Below, one piece after another: positions 1-11,143 of a stretch of 64,000 nucleotides of DNA (its first letter is position 1; each line of letters opens with the position of its first letter). The notes beneath the pieces were generated by a model that worked only from the letters and a program-made list of their open reading frames with translations, had not been told where the DNA came from and made no database searches. Where the stretch lies: contig CM082592.2 of assembly GCA_040954595.2 (NCBI GenBank), positions 8,915,677-8,979,676 on the forward strand. The letters run 5' to 3'. This DNA comes from Balanoglossus misakiensis (lineage: Eukaryota; Animalia; Hemichordata). A program made the translations under genes and the position numbers.

Positions 1-98
1 TTCAGCTCCATTCTGCACTAAAAACAATGAATATCTTTAGTACATGTACTCCTATTATGATTTTCATGTCGTCATTTGTCCAACTCTTCTACTTTCAG

Positions 99-157
99 TG
101 AAGTGGCAACTGGTTCCAATGTCACCGTTTCTTGTGCAGTAACACAGGTTATATCAG
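99..157 (+). CDS. TCTN2: TCTN2-like exon (EVATGSNVTVSCAVTQVIS), phase 2->1
   Basis: tttcag| ... |gtaggt; open frame, phase matches next exon. Confidence 0.7.
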
Positions 158-3100
158 GTAGGTTGGAGAAGTTTCCAAATTCGTAGGATACAAGTTGGCG
201 CTCACTCGTACATGTACGAATGCTGATACCATTTCAGGTTTGATGACTGCAATAGTTCATGTTTTCATTCGTCTGTCTTCCTCAAAATCCAACAGACACT
301 GTGCCGTTATTGCTGTGGTTTCCTGACACAATTATACCAGTTGGAAACAGAGCAGCCGTGGTAAGGATACATCTTCACAATACTCTACATGTACCCCTCC
401 ATGATAGGGCTTAACATGTCTTCTTTTACTTACTGCATTCTGTTGGCATGATTTTTTTCCAAAGCCATATTTCCTTTCAAAGACGAGTGGAAGCTGCCAC
501 AAACCATACTCACTGTGTGTTACATTTGTATTTATTGGTATATGTATATTTTATACAGATCACGTATGATGTTGTACAGAAAGGGGAGCCAGTGACAGTG
601 GAATGCACAGCACAGTCTGTCAATGGAACTCAGTTTATGACTAACACATCATCAGGTGATGAAGTCACATTTATGTTGGATGTTGGTGACGTGCGACTCA
701 TCCCCATTTTGAACAGAGTGTACAAGCCTCGACTTCAGACCTACCTGGTGCTGGACGAGCCGATTTCTGCCAACAGTGAGATTGTCACCTTCACGTGTGT
801 GCTGACGTCAGCCGACAGCACGGAGGCAGCCAGACAAATTGCCAACAATCCCACGTGTGAGGCGTACAGCGAGACAAGACCAACTAATCCTGACCCACGT
901 GAGTTTCTCATGATTATATCCAATCAGGGTGAAATCAACCTTCGTGATACATGTATAGGTACTTTCAACAATGCTGTATGACCAGATCTAGAGGCCCAGT
1001 CATGCTGTTAGCAACTGAAGAATACAGGGATTCATTATATCAAATGGAATTATACATAGAAAATGTGATGTAAAGATGGTCATTTCCAAATTATTTAATA
1101 ATGATTCTGCTGGACTTTCCCCCTCTATAAATTCACTGGTACTCTACTGGTATGGTAAGTTTTATGTTGTTGTGTAATATTGTATTTTGGTAAGGTTGGG
1201 AATATCATAGATGCATATTGCAACTTGAATGTAGAGCTTATGCAGTGATACTGATAGACTGAGGGTAGGTGACTGGAAAGCAAATGTTTTCCTGCTATCG
1301 GGGTTCATAGTTCCGTATTTGGACTGTAATAATTTTTATTGCAGTTACAAAGTTGCATGCCACTTGCCTGACAATAGAGTTGTATGTAGTCACCATAGGA
1401 ATGCATCAATGCATATTGTTGAGTGGCTAAGTTGGATTGGGCAGTGTGGCTAGCAGCAGACAGAATTAGTTCTGGGTTGAATTGGGTATACACTGTAACC
1501 TGGGAAATCAGTTTGTACAATACTGGTGTAAAAGTGCATAAATTTAGATTTAGGAATGGATTATGTGGTCACTATTCCCTGCAAAATGAGATAGCTGCAG
1601 TAAGTAGACAATAGCTGTGCATGTAGCCTGGTGCCTTGATTGCAGATTCTCAATTGAAGAATTGCATGAAGCATGGTGGTGTTACTGAACACTGTTGCCC
1701 CATGCCATGCCAGAAAAAGTACGCTGTACATCCTGTGTTCACCTTTTCACCTAACACAAAACTAACATTACCTGCCTGGATCATTACAGCTCCAACATCC
1801 AACACGACCAACACAACCGCAACGCCACCGACAACAATACCACCCACAACCGTTCCCACCACCGTTCGCGTCGGCACCACCGCTGGATATCCAGCCAACA
1901 TCAGCACATACTGGGAATTGACCAACTCAATATTTGAGTTCCAGGTAAGAATGGATTTTATTTGGCCTGTACAGATGTCACGTCTACCATACTTGTGTGT
2001 TGGCAGCATGTCACGCGACTCAAAAATTACACCAATTTGTAATAGTAATGTCTCTCAGATTTAAAGAAAGTAAAATGGATGTTTTCATCATTCTTTGTAC
2101 CCATGTAATCTTCTGTTGTTAATTTAGCAAGGTGATATATCCAAGGTCATCGAACTGACCCACCCCTGGCCTGTGACATCGCCTATACAGGAGCTAGTGG
2201 TGGTCACGTGTTGTGCACCAGAGGAAAACAACGCCAATCCCAAGTACATCAATGAATCTACCGCACTGCTGATGGTTGTAGACATGACCAATGATATTGC
2301 CGTCAACTGGACACTGGCATCAGGTGAAAATCATGGCAATGATTAGCAGCAGTGGAATACACATTTTTAAAGTATTTTTCAGCATGCCAAGTAGAATTTT
2401 AACTGAAATTTCCTGTTGCCTTTAGATTCAACCAACTTTGAGACAGAGACGAAAATAGACAACCCAGCCTATGTGGAACTTGCTCCGTGTGAATGCAATA
2501 TGACGGAGAATAGTTGTGATACCGACTGTTGCTGTGATACGGTGAGTATTTATGGTACAAAGTAAGCCTTGGACTCAGAATGAAAAGTGAGGAAAGCAGC
2601 ATTCAGACATTTGATTTCTGTTTTCACAGGAGTGTACGGCAGATGAACTGGAGACTTTCACTTCCTGCATACCGGGATTGACAGGAGGGCAAACAGGCGA
2701 CCCTTATGAGTATACTTGTGAAAATATCGACATCTACACACCAGACTGGCATCCCCTGCTCTGCGTGGAGATGTACAGCACGCCTTACTTGGGAATGTAC
2801 TACGACACAAAACTTGGCATCAGGACGATTGAAGACTACAGGACGAGTCGAGAACAGACGGATGTGAGGTACAACTACGCCGATCCGGCCAGAAGGTACG
2901 GGCAGGATCCGGGGGTGGGTTCCACTGGGTACAAGCAAGGAGTGGGCGTCAGGACCCGCTTTCCGGCCACAAACCAGGAAGGGTACTTGTCCCTGCCGAC
3001 GACCGGCCAAACGTCCGGCGCGTGCTCGTGGATGTCGCCGGTTCAGTTTCTGACCGACACCAACTCCTCATGCATACAGTTGCCCGCCCAGTCGCTGTGC

Positions 3101-5787
3101 TCGGCCAGCTCGTTCTTGAGCGCGCAGATGTACGTCATGTCGTCGCGGATCACCCACCCGCCGTGCCCGCCCGTGGCCACAGTGGTGCGTAACCACGGCA
3201 ACGTTAACAGCGCCGCCACAGTCCTCACCAGCTACTACTGCACAGACGACATAACACAATTTCTTGTCTCCAACGTCACCGTGGGCGACCTCTACCCCAG
3301 GTTTGAGCCGTCTTTCTTTCCAAGCAACACCACGTCGACCGGCGGGATCGACCTGACCCAGCTGAATCGGTGTGCCTGGGACGACGGTTACACCTACCCA
3401 CCAGCACCCACTTATGACTTTGACACGGCCGTCTGCAGCAACGCTGTCCTCAGTGCCACGTACGAAATGCAGTGGAAAGGCACCGAGGTGGTAGTGGTGT
3501 TGGCCAACTTTGTCCTGGGAGACATAAGCCTGGACAGGGATCCCGGAATACAGCCGGTGGAGCCGCCTTCCTTGGAGCCGGCTCCGCCCATCGAACCCCC
3601 CACGGTGCCTACAACACCCGCTCCCATAGTGACGGACAACGCCACTGCCCTGCCGACCACTCACATTCCCACGGAGGAATTCTCCACAATAGAAGGCACC
3701 ACGGAAGGGACCACTTTCCGGGCTACGTCAATGGCCATACCGACCACCGTCCCCGGCACAACGGAAGCAGCCAGCACACCCTTTACCCCGATCACGGTCA
3801 ACTTCACAACACAGATCCCAACAGCAGCACCACCCGAGGAAAACGCCACCCTGACCGGTTTTCCAGCGTTCACTCAGTTCTTCTCCGTATACTACACCTA
3901 CCTAAACCAACCGGAGGAGGACTTCCAGACTGGGATATTGGAGCCTCCGGTCATAGAAGAGCGGTCGGGTAATCCAGGATATGTGTTCGGGAAACTCGTC
4001 CTCACCGGGAAGGCCATCTACCAGTATCCAGAAGTCGTGGAGAACACAACAGTCCCCGTTGTCTTAAACTGCACCGGCAATTTTACAATTGACCCACCTG
4101 AGTGTAACGCCACCAATGAAGTGACCACCATGCCTCCAACTGAACCTGTGGCAACTTTCATCAATATCGACACTTCGGATCCGTACAGACTAAGACTGTG
4201 GAATCCAGGTACGTCATCAACAATTATTCCCAATACATTGCAATCATCAAACTACAGACAAGTACTGCACTCCTTGTTGTTGGTGTTGTGTAGACACTAT
4301 ACACATTGGTCTGCGTTTGAGAAAGTTCTCTTTATACTTTGCTTATTGTTTTTGACAGGTGCTGGAAGTTTGTGTTCCGAGTCCACTTACAGGGATATCT
4401 ACTTTGGTGAGGACATAGCATCTGGCTGCATCATCAGACTGGGCTGGTCACAGTTTCAAAACTGCACTGATCTCAGGTACTGCATTTAATTGTGTACTCA
4501 AAGGTGCATGTGTGAAGAATGCATGTGTGTGTCTATCTGATCATAACTAAGTTTCCAACAGTAAGTTCTGGGCTACAACCCAAGGCCAACCTGGTTGCTG
4601 CATCATTAAAAGCCATTTTCCATGTTTTATTCCCCAGGAATCTAATGGAAGCGCAGTTACAGCAACTATTTCCAGCTGACAGGATTGGCATGAGGGGAAA
4701 TGCTGATGCCAGTATTGAGGGTGACTGGACAACGATATTCAAGTAAGATGAGCTTTAGAGAGAGAAAAAAATCAGTCTAATTTGGATCCATACATGTAGT
4801 TGTTGCTTCCTTTTTCACTCCAACCGTACATGTATCAACCGCACAAATGAAAGATTAACCCATCCATGTTTTGTTTCAGTCCAATTGACAATGTGTCCGT
4901 TGAACCAGTGCCTAGCACCACTGAACCCACCACTGCTTCGCAAACGACTGGTCCACCTTGGGAGAGGACCATCATTCCAGAGGTCACCCCAGCCCTGGAA
5001 CAGATCGTCGGTGTCTGCCATGATGTGCCAACTGGTATTAACGTGGAGATACTGATAACTGATGCGGCGGAAGTCAGAGGGATGAAACAGAAAGCCATCA
5101 TGTCAGCCAGAGTCAAGTAAGATAGATGTACCCATTCTAATAAATCTACTAATTTTGAGCAGGGAGAACGGTGTGTGTATAGTCTGTACTGATCAACATA
5201 TGTCCATATATGGACAACAGAAGCCATCTGTGAATATACACACATTGTACACATGGCAACACAGAGATAAAGTACCACATTTGTAAATACATGTATGTCC
5301 CAAATAGACAGATATCCCCAATTTGAATTTGATGATTTCTTGTACAGCTACACCACATCCACTATGAGGCTCAGCTGTGTGGGAGTGAATGGAGTCAGTT
5401 GCTACGGCGACTTTGCGTCCTCCTACAATCTGACCGATGAGGAGCCGGTTCAGTCGTTTGCCGTCACAAGTACCGTGAAATTCATCACTGTTCCAGCCAA
5501 TGAGCCAACGCCTGTCGTTTCGTAAGTGTCAATGGTTTATGATTACTTTGAAACTTTACCTGACAATACACCAAGTTATATTCTTATTACGTATGTCTTT
5601 TTCTCTCTCACACAGTTACTATGTCAACTACACTGATGTCTGCAAGTATGACACCTGTGCATGGGAGGCCTTCTATCCAATGACAGTCCACAATAAAGGA
5701 GGAGTGTACACAGACAATCTGGGATACGGGCTGTTCCTTGTCTTGCTTGTCATGGTTTACTATGTTTTGACAAGGCCATGGTTTTAA
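99..5787 (+). CDS. TCTN2: Tectonic-2-like ciliary transition-zone protein, 5'-partial, 12 coding exons in window (~1,104 aa)
   Basis: Tectonic Cys motif CECNMTENSCDTDCCCDTEC spans 2426-2541/2630, and SGNPGYVFGK lies at ~3965. The C-terminus CKYDTCAWEAFYP...GLFLVLLVMVYYVLTRPWF has the TCTN2-type C..C..YP + TM + PW layout. All introns are GT-AG with matching phases. Confidence 0.85.
296..360 (+). CDS. TCTN2: TCTN2-like exon (DTVPLLLWFPDTIIPVGNRAAV), phase 1->0
   Basis: caacag| ... |gtaagg. Confidence 0.75.
559..898 (+). CDS. TCTN2: TCTN2-like exon (ITYDVVQKG...RPTNPDP), phase 0->1
   Basis: atacag| ... |gtgagt; inside ORF 448..981. Confidence 0.8.
1790..1944 (+). CDS. TCTN2: TCTN2-like exon, Thr/Pro-rich linker (PTSNTTNTT...SIFEFQ), phase 1->0
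   Basis: ttacag| ... |gtaaga. Confidence 0.8.
2128..2323 (+). CDS. TCTN2: TCTN2-like exon (QGDISKVIEL...VNWTLAS), phase 0->1
   Basis: atttag| ... |gtgaaa; open frame with no ATG, so absent from the ORF track. Confidence 0.8.
2426..2541 (+). CDS. TCTN2: TCTN2-like exon with tectonic Cys motif (PCECNMTENSCDTDCCCDT), phase 1->0
   Basis: ctttag| ... |gtgagt; hallmark CxC...CDxxCCCD motif. Confidence 0.92.
2630..4208 (+). CDS. TCTN2: TCTN2-like large exon (1,579 nt; tectonic domain with mucin-like inserts, SGNPGY), phase 0->1
   Basis: tcacag| ... |gtacgt; covers most of ORF 2678..4489. Confidence 0.88.
4359..4476 (+). CDS. TCTN2: TCTN2-like exon (AGSLCSESTYRDIYFGEDIASGCIIRL...NCTDL), phase 1->2
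   Basis: tgacag| ... |gtactg; FGED..SGC tectonic motif. Confidence 0.88.
4638..4742 (+). CDS. TCTN2: TCTN2-like exon (NLMEAQLQQ...GMRGNAD...DWTTIF), phase 2->2
   Basis: ccccag| ... |gtaaga; GN.D....DW tectonic motif. Confidence 0.88.
4880..5116 (+). CDS. TCTN2: TCTN2-like exon (PIDNVSVE...CHDVPTGINVEIL...ARV), phase 2->2
   Basis: tttcag| ... |gtaaga. Confidence 0.85.
5348..5521 (+). CDS. TCTN2: TCTN2-like exon (YTTSTMRLSC...FAVTSTVKFITVP...), phase 2->2
   Basis: gtacag| ... |gtaagt; SxVxF tectonic C-terminal strand. Confidence 0.87.
5616..5787 (+). CDS. TCTN2: TCTN2-like terminal exon with C-terminal TM helix and TAA stop
   Basis: acacag|; ends LGYGLFLVLLVMVYYVLTRPWF*. Confidence 0.88.
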
Positions 5788-5865
5788 AAACAGCTGTGAC
5801 ACAGTCTTTCCACAAAACACTTCCCTAAATGGCATTTTCATATCCCTGTTTCCCTGTGTTGAAAT

Positions 5866-5871
5866 AATAAA
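5866..5871 (+). promoter_or_regulatory. Candidate polyadenylation signal AATAAA for the TCTN2-like gene (second candidate 5964-5969)
   Basis: AATAAA ~80 nt after the stop, followed by T/GT-rich gtttttggtcttgg. Confidence 0.45.
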
Positions 5872-5957
5872 CAGGGTTACAACCAAGTTTTTGGTCTTGG
5901 TCACCCTGACCCAAATTGAGGTTATCCGAACACTCACACCATGCATTTAGGCTGTGC

Positions 5958-6094
5958 TGTCAAAATAAAAATCAGCTACTTCTACATGCAGATTTATAAC
6001 TGGATAGGTGATGCCAGCCTGTATATGTCAACATAAAAATCAGCTACTTCTACATGCAGATTTATAACTGGATAGGTGATGCCAGCCTGTATAT
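5958..6094. repeat. 68-bp tandem duplication, 2 copies, 1 mismatch
   Basis: tgtcaa[a/c]ataaaaatcagctacttctacatgcagatttataactggataggtgatgccagcctgtata at 5958 and 6026. Confidence 0.95.
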
Positions 6095-7777
6095 ACTAAT
6101 TATAGTTGTCACCATTTTGGTGTTACCGGAGATTTTGTAAATTTGCATCAAGGTGTACTTGAACATTCTTTTGTATAAATTAGTGTTTTAGACCAAAATA
6201 ACAATTAACTTGAACTTTAAATACATTAAAAGGGAAAGAACAATTTTGAATACATTCCATAGGTACTTATATTTAAGGTAGCATGTACATTAAAATTCAA
6301 ATCATAATGTTTTGCTGATGTTGAGCTCGCGAAACTTACATGTATTTTTATATCAAATAGAAGGGGATCACTTAGGAAACATTTTGTATTTTTTAGGAAA
6401 GATTTTGATCTTGCACGAGAATAACTGAAATGTTATCTTTTTCCCGAAAGTACAATTTTCACCTAACACATTTTGATTCATTTAATTACTCTGCAGGTAA
6501 CTAAAAAGGAAAGCAGAGTTTCGTAATGTCAAAATTGTTTTCAGAGATTGTCATTATAAATGGAAGTTACAAATCAATGATGCAATTCAAATTGTGATTA
6601 TTTTTCTTGCTTATTTATTTCAGTTATGATGACTTGAGAAATTTTCAACATGTATAAGTACTTGCAAACACTGATTCTGGTGCCAGTTGTGATATCATAT
6701 GAGAGAATTATCAGAAATTCCAGATGATTGCCTTGTAATTATCTGTACATATTGATTTTTGTATAAAAAATAAATCATACTTTGTGCTGATTATTTTCAG
6801 TGGTTGACGCGTAATTTGTTCATGTATGCAGAGGATTGATATAAAGGCTATATAATGGCCCCCCTAGACTCAGATAAAAAATTGATCTACTAGTACTTCT
6901 ACTATGGCTCCCTGTCCCCTTTCTAATGCTGTCAACACTACACTCACATAGCACAACCAGCGGCAGGAATCACCCCCCCCCCCAGAAATCAAATGGTTCT
7001 TCCCTTACTGCATGGATGGTGAATAAACGCATCTTCATACCTTTATATCTGCACTGTCAGTTACGTTGGCGTGGGAGGTGGGTTGGTGTCTGCTGACTGT
7101 GGTAGAATGGACTTCGGCAAACTTGAAAGCATGGCAGTTTCTTCCAACAGAAAATTCCTGCAAATTTCCCCTTGGAAATAGAAGCTAGGTCTCCAAAACA
7201 AACCAGTCATTCTTGCCTGCCTCTTCATCTTTTTCTGCCTCACTTCTGAACGCAGTTTTACACGTAATATAAATAACATGGTCACCATGCACGTGGTGAT
7301 ACAAGGAAGTACAAATTCGATGTGTGAAGACTACCCATCAGAATCATCAATCTATGCATGCATAATGCACGACCACTATCAACCAATGGAAATCTCTATA
7401 CACAGCTGTACACGGTTCTAATCGTTTCAATTGGCTGACTAGAAAGCAGCGTGTGCTTCATCATGATTGGTCATGTTTTCCACCAGGTGTTGTTGACCAG
7501 CACGTGCAACATTTCAGATTGTGAACACAGAGGGCAGCATTTTGTACATTATCCAGTCAGGTTACCTGTCCCATATCTACCGCATGGATGCGTTGTGCTC
7601 TACTAGCACAATCCAGTCCGTGGGCAGAGACCAGACTTGACCCAATTTCCTATGAATCTCTTTGCCCCATTCCTGAAAATAATTTGGCAACACACAATGG
7701 GGATAGTAATACATACATGATAGAATCACGCATACACATTGCAATTATTTTTTGTATCATTAAAAATATAGCCATGC

Positions 7778-7783
7778 TTTATT
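7778..7783 (-). promoter_or_regulatory. Candidate distal polyadenylation signal of the RIM-BP gene (implies ~3.2 kb 3'UTR)
   Basis: AATAAA on minus strand followed by GT-rich sequence (atgtgtatgcgtg...tgtgtgttg). Confidence 0.45.
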
Positions 7784-8897
7784 GATTATATACAAATTGA
7801 AATATTTGAAATCGTAGTTTGAGAGCTGTCATCACATTGCAATACTGGATCAAGAAACACAGACATAGACACACAGTAGACCTTTTACGGATATATGTAC
7901 ATGCAGAATGACCTGAATAGATTTCTAAGACATGGTGACGTTGACCTTCGATTGAACTTGGTCATGAAAACTCTAGATGATTGGCACATTATATCTTTCG
8001 TCATAAAATTTGACAAACACAGATTTTTCGTGTCCCAATTGTCCATTTCCTTGTTTTCGTAGTGAGAGTGAAAAAGAGATGCCCAACAGAGAGCATTTCA
8101 TTAGCCACCCAAACTCTTGTAGATCAGATTTTTTCAGGTCAATCTGGTATCCCCAGCTTTGGTTTCAGCAGAGGCTCAGCATTGACAGGTGTCAATCATC
8201 CAACAATTTAATTCAATTTTACATCAGTCCTGCGAAATTTCAGTAATTCTGCTAGACATAATCTAAGTAAATGCTGAACATCAGTTTCTGGCCTACATAA
8301 TTTAGCTAAGCTCTCTAACAGTTCAAAGTTAAAAAGAAATGGCATAAAAGCAAAACCCTCATGTAAAAACAGACTACTCTGCACTGGTAAACAACAATGG
8401 AAAACATATAAAAAACACCTCCAAATGAACCTGTGTGTGTACATGAAAACCTACATTTGAGTCAATTAAAAAATTGTCAACATTTTTATACAAAATCTTC
8501 ATATATAAACACAACGAAACCATTTTTGTTCAATAATCAAAAAAGAAATTTACACAATGCTGAATAAATCATTTCATGTACACAAATATTCCCATCAAAT
8601 ATCTCTCTCCCCTGCAAGTAAATAAAATTTACATCATATCAAATTTGTCATGGACATTTCAGTCAGACAATAGTCAAGAATATTATACACATTGGAATTT
8701 GACTTGCACCATTTACATATTGGTCCTACTGTTCTTAGACACGTCAGGTATATAACAACCTCCTAGATGATAAACTTAAATATGGAATCTAATGAATATT
8801 GGTTTTATCTGGTATTTTAAAAATGGGTCATAAATATCAACCCAAATATACTAGTGCAGAATGAATATTCATTAGGCAGTTAGCCTATTTGTGGCTT

Positions 8898-8953
8898 TTA
8901 ACCCTTGATTCAGTCCCATTGTTTTCGTGGTAAGGTTGGGGTAAAAGGATTAA
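8898..8953. mobile_element. Internally deleted copy of the same TTAA MITE, in the inferred RIM-BP 3'UTR
   Basis: ttaaccctt...ccattgttttcgtggtaaggttggggtaaaaggattaa. Confidence 0.55.
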
Positions 8954-10954
8954 ACTGGTAGCTAATAAACATTCACTCCGGTCAGAAATTAAATATATCA
9001 TTTGGTGGATATTAATCAGATATAGTCCTTACATGGTAGATATACATATGAACCGGAGTTAATCTGATGATTAGTTACTGGGACCAGTGTCTACCTTTAA
9101 AAACGGTTCAGCTAAACCAACTCTACATGATGGAACAAAACTTTCTGTATTGCTAACATCAGTTTATATTTTTAATGGACATCAAACAAATCAAGCAGAA
9201 ACAATAGATCGACAATGTGAAACCACATCACAAACGAATCATCTCAACAACTTCACCCTGTGACGCGGAACTATACCTTCAACAGTAAAAATGTAAATGC
9301 GGACAATGTTTGCAAACTCCAGACCACAGCACAAGGCGAAATTGCAACGTAGTGGCTGTAAGGTAGTTTTGTTATTTGTATCTGTGCGATTATAACTATG
9401 CAATCAGACTACACTAGATCTTAAAATCCTATTTTACAATTTCCAACGTTTACACGTAAACCGATGATAAAACATTTGCCACCTGAAAACTGCATTTGTA
9501 CACACAGAAAGACACAGTTCAAAGCCTGGTCCTTGGCATCCTGTCCAAAAGGTCATCGGAGTACATCTACACACGAACAGCCTGGTTGAATTCAGTTAAT
9601 GCATTATTTTTGTGTCACAGTTTAATGTGTCTTTGGATAAGACATGCATCTGTGGTCAAAACAAGAACTTGCAGTTTCAGCTTCCATCTTAGAGACTGTG
9701 TACACATTGTTATCACAAACTTAATTCAGATGGAACAAGTAATGCAACCACCACAGTTTAACAAACAGTATTTTCGGTTATCACATAAATCCTGGCCAGC
9801 ATTCATCAAGGACCTACATTCAAGAGGTTTATTGTAAGATCATATCATATGCAAATGGGTATTTTCAAAATGTATTTACCAAATCTACACAGATATGTCA
9901 ATAAGGCTTGGTTTGGATCAAATAGAATCTGTATTCAGCTACATGAAGTATGCATTGCATACCTCTGAAATAACACCAAACCACTGGTAATAAATGTGGA
10001 ACTCTTATTGTATGTATGTACATTGTTTGATGGGCTACGACTAACTGGTAATCTGGGTGAAAAATCTAGAAACTGGTATTTGTGTATGGCAATGCTATAT
10101 TTCCTTCAGTCTGAAAGCTTATATAACTCATAAAACAATGGAAGACTAGGTGGGGGTAATAAATAAAATAAACAGTGCTAAGGTTTCTTGAAATAAATTA
10201 TGGATAATACTGTTAACCAGGAGTGAGTTTGGAATGGTGGAAATTCTGAAGGCCTTTGAGGGTGATGATGGTTATATACAGATATGAATGACAAAAACAT
10301 CATCAGTTTGAATGACCTAAAATAAGGTGTACGATCGCTTTTACCATACTTCACTTAAAAACTGCTGGGCTGCAACTTTTTTGCTAACAAGACTTGTTCA
10401 GGAGATTGCATGTTTTTCATGAATTATTTAATAAGTCAACTGTGTTTTTCAAAATTTGGGTGATACTTATTTTAAGCACCAAATGTTGCATTATTAGAGT
10501 TCCTGTTTCTGTGCATTGACAATCACACTGAGACAAGCACACTATCGAACCATGAATAGATATCGCTCAATTTGGAACACAGAGCTAAACTTGTGATCAA
10601 CATTATTACTGTATGTATGTACACGCAAAACACTGACATATCAAAGTGTGATGAGGATGTTTGGTGGAACAGTTCCTTTTCAGTCTCGCTGACTCTTGTT
10701 TCCCCTGCGTGCTGTCCTCTCAATAATTCCACGATCAGGATTCCAGCAGTTTATACCATCTCTCTCCGAGCACCACTCCACAGATCCATTAGCTTGACTG
10801 AAGAACTGTGAACTTTGACACCTCAATTAAATGGTACAACAAATTCCTCGCTGCTGTTAACACCCTAAATGTTGTCCTCAAATTTTCACTCCAAACTGGT
10901 GATGTCATTCCGGAGTCTTGCCACCAAACAGAGAGCAGTGCCAAAAAATCAGTG

Positions 10955-11143
10955 TTACCGTTTTTGTTTGGCACTGCTGGTCTCACTCGTTCCAAACTTC
11001 TTGAAGAGAGCCTTGCCCTTGGAGAAGAATCCTTTTGTCTTTTTCTTATTGTCAGAGTCTGTGTTGGGTGTTAGGTTTTTAGCTTGAGGTCCATTGTCCT
11101 GGGTCTTTGTCTCCTTACCATTGCTTTTGGTGGAGTTCTCATT
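10955..11143 (-). CDS. RIMBP2: RIM-BP terminal coding exon (NENSTK...[15 protein letters not shown]...KQKR*)
   Basis: ctgcag| phase 0, TAA at 10955; basic [12 protein letters not shown] tail. Confidence 0.8.
   Translation of the reverse strand, partial: NENSTKSNGKETKTQDNGPQAKNLTPNTDSDNKKKTKGFFSKGKALFKKFGTSETSSAKQKR

Noticed and set aside
2624-4233. Overlapping antisense and alternative-frame ORFs (e.g. 3068..3664 -, 3472..3972 +)
   Set aside because: Shadows of the GC-rich tectonic exon; no domain motifs or splice structure.
6273-7007. Possible DNA-transposon remnants (ttaaggtagc... start; ...aatcaaatggttcttccctta end); similar decayed stretches at ~41150-41450, 47690-47940 and 61300-61550
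   Set aside because: No paired terminal repeats or second copies could be verified by eye.
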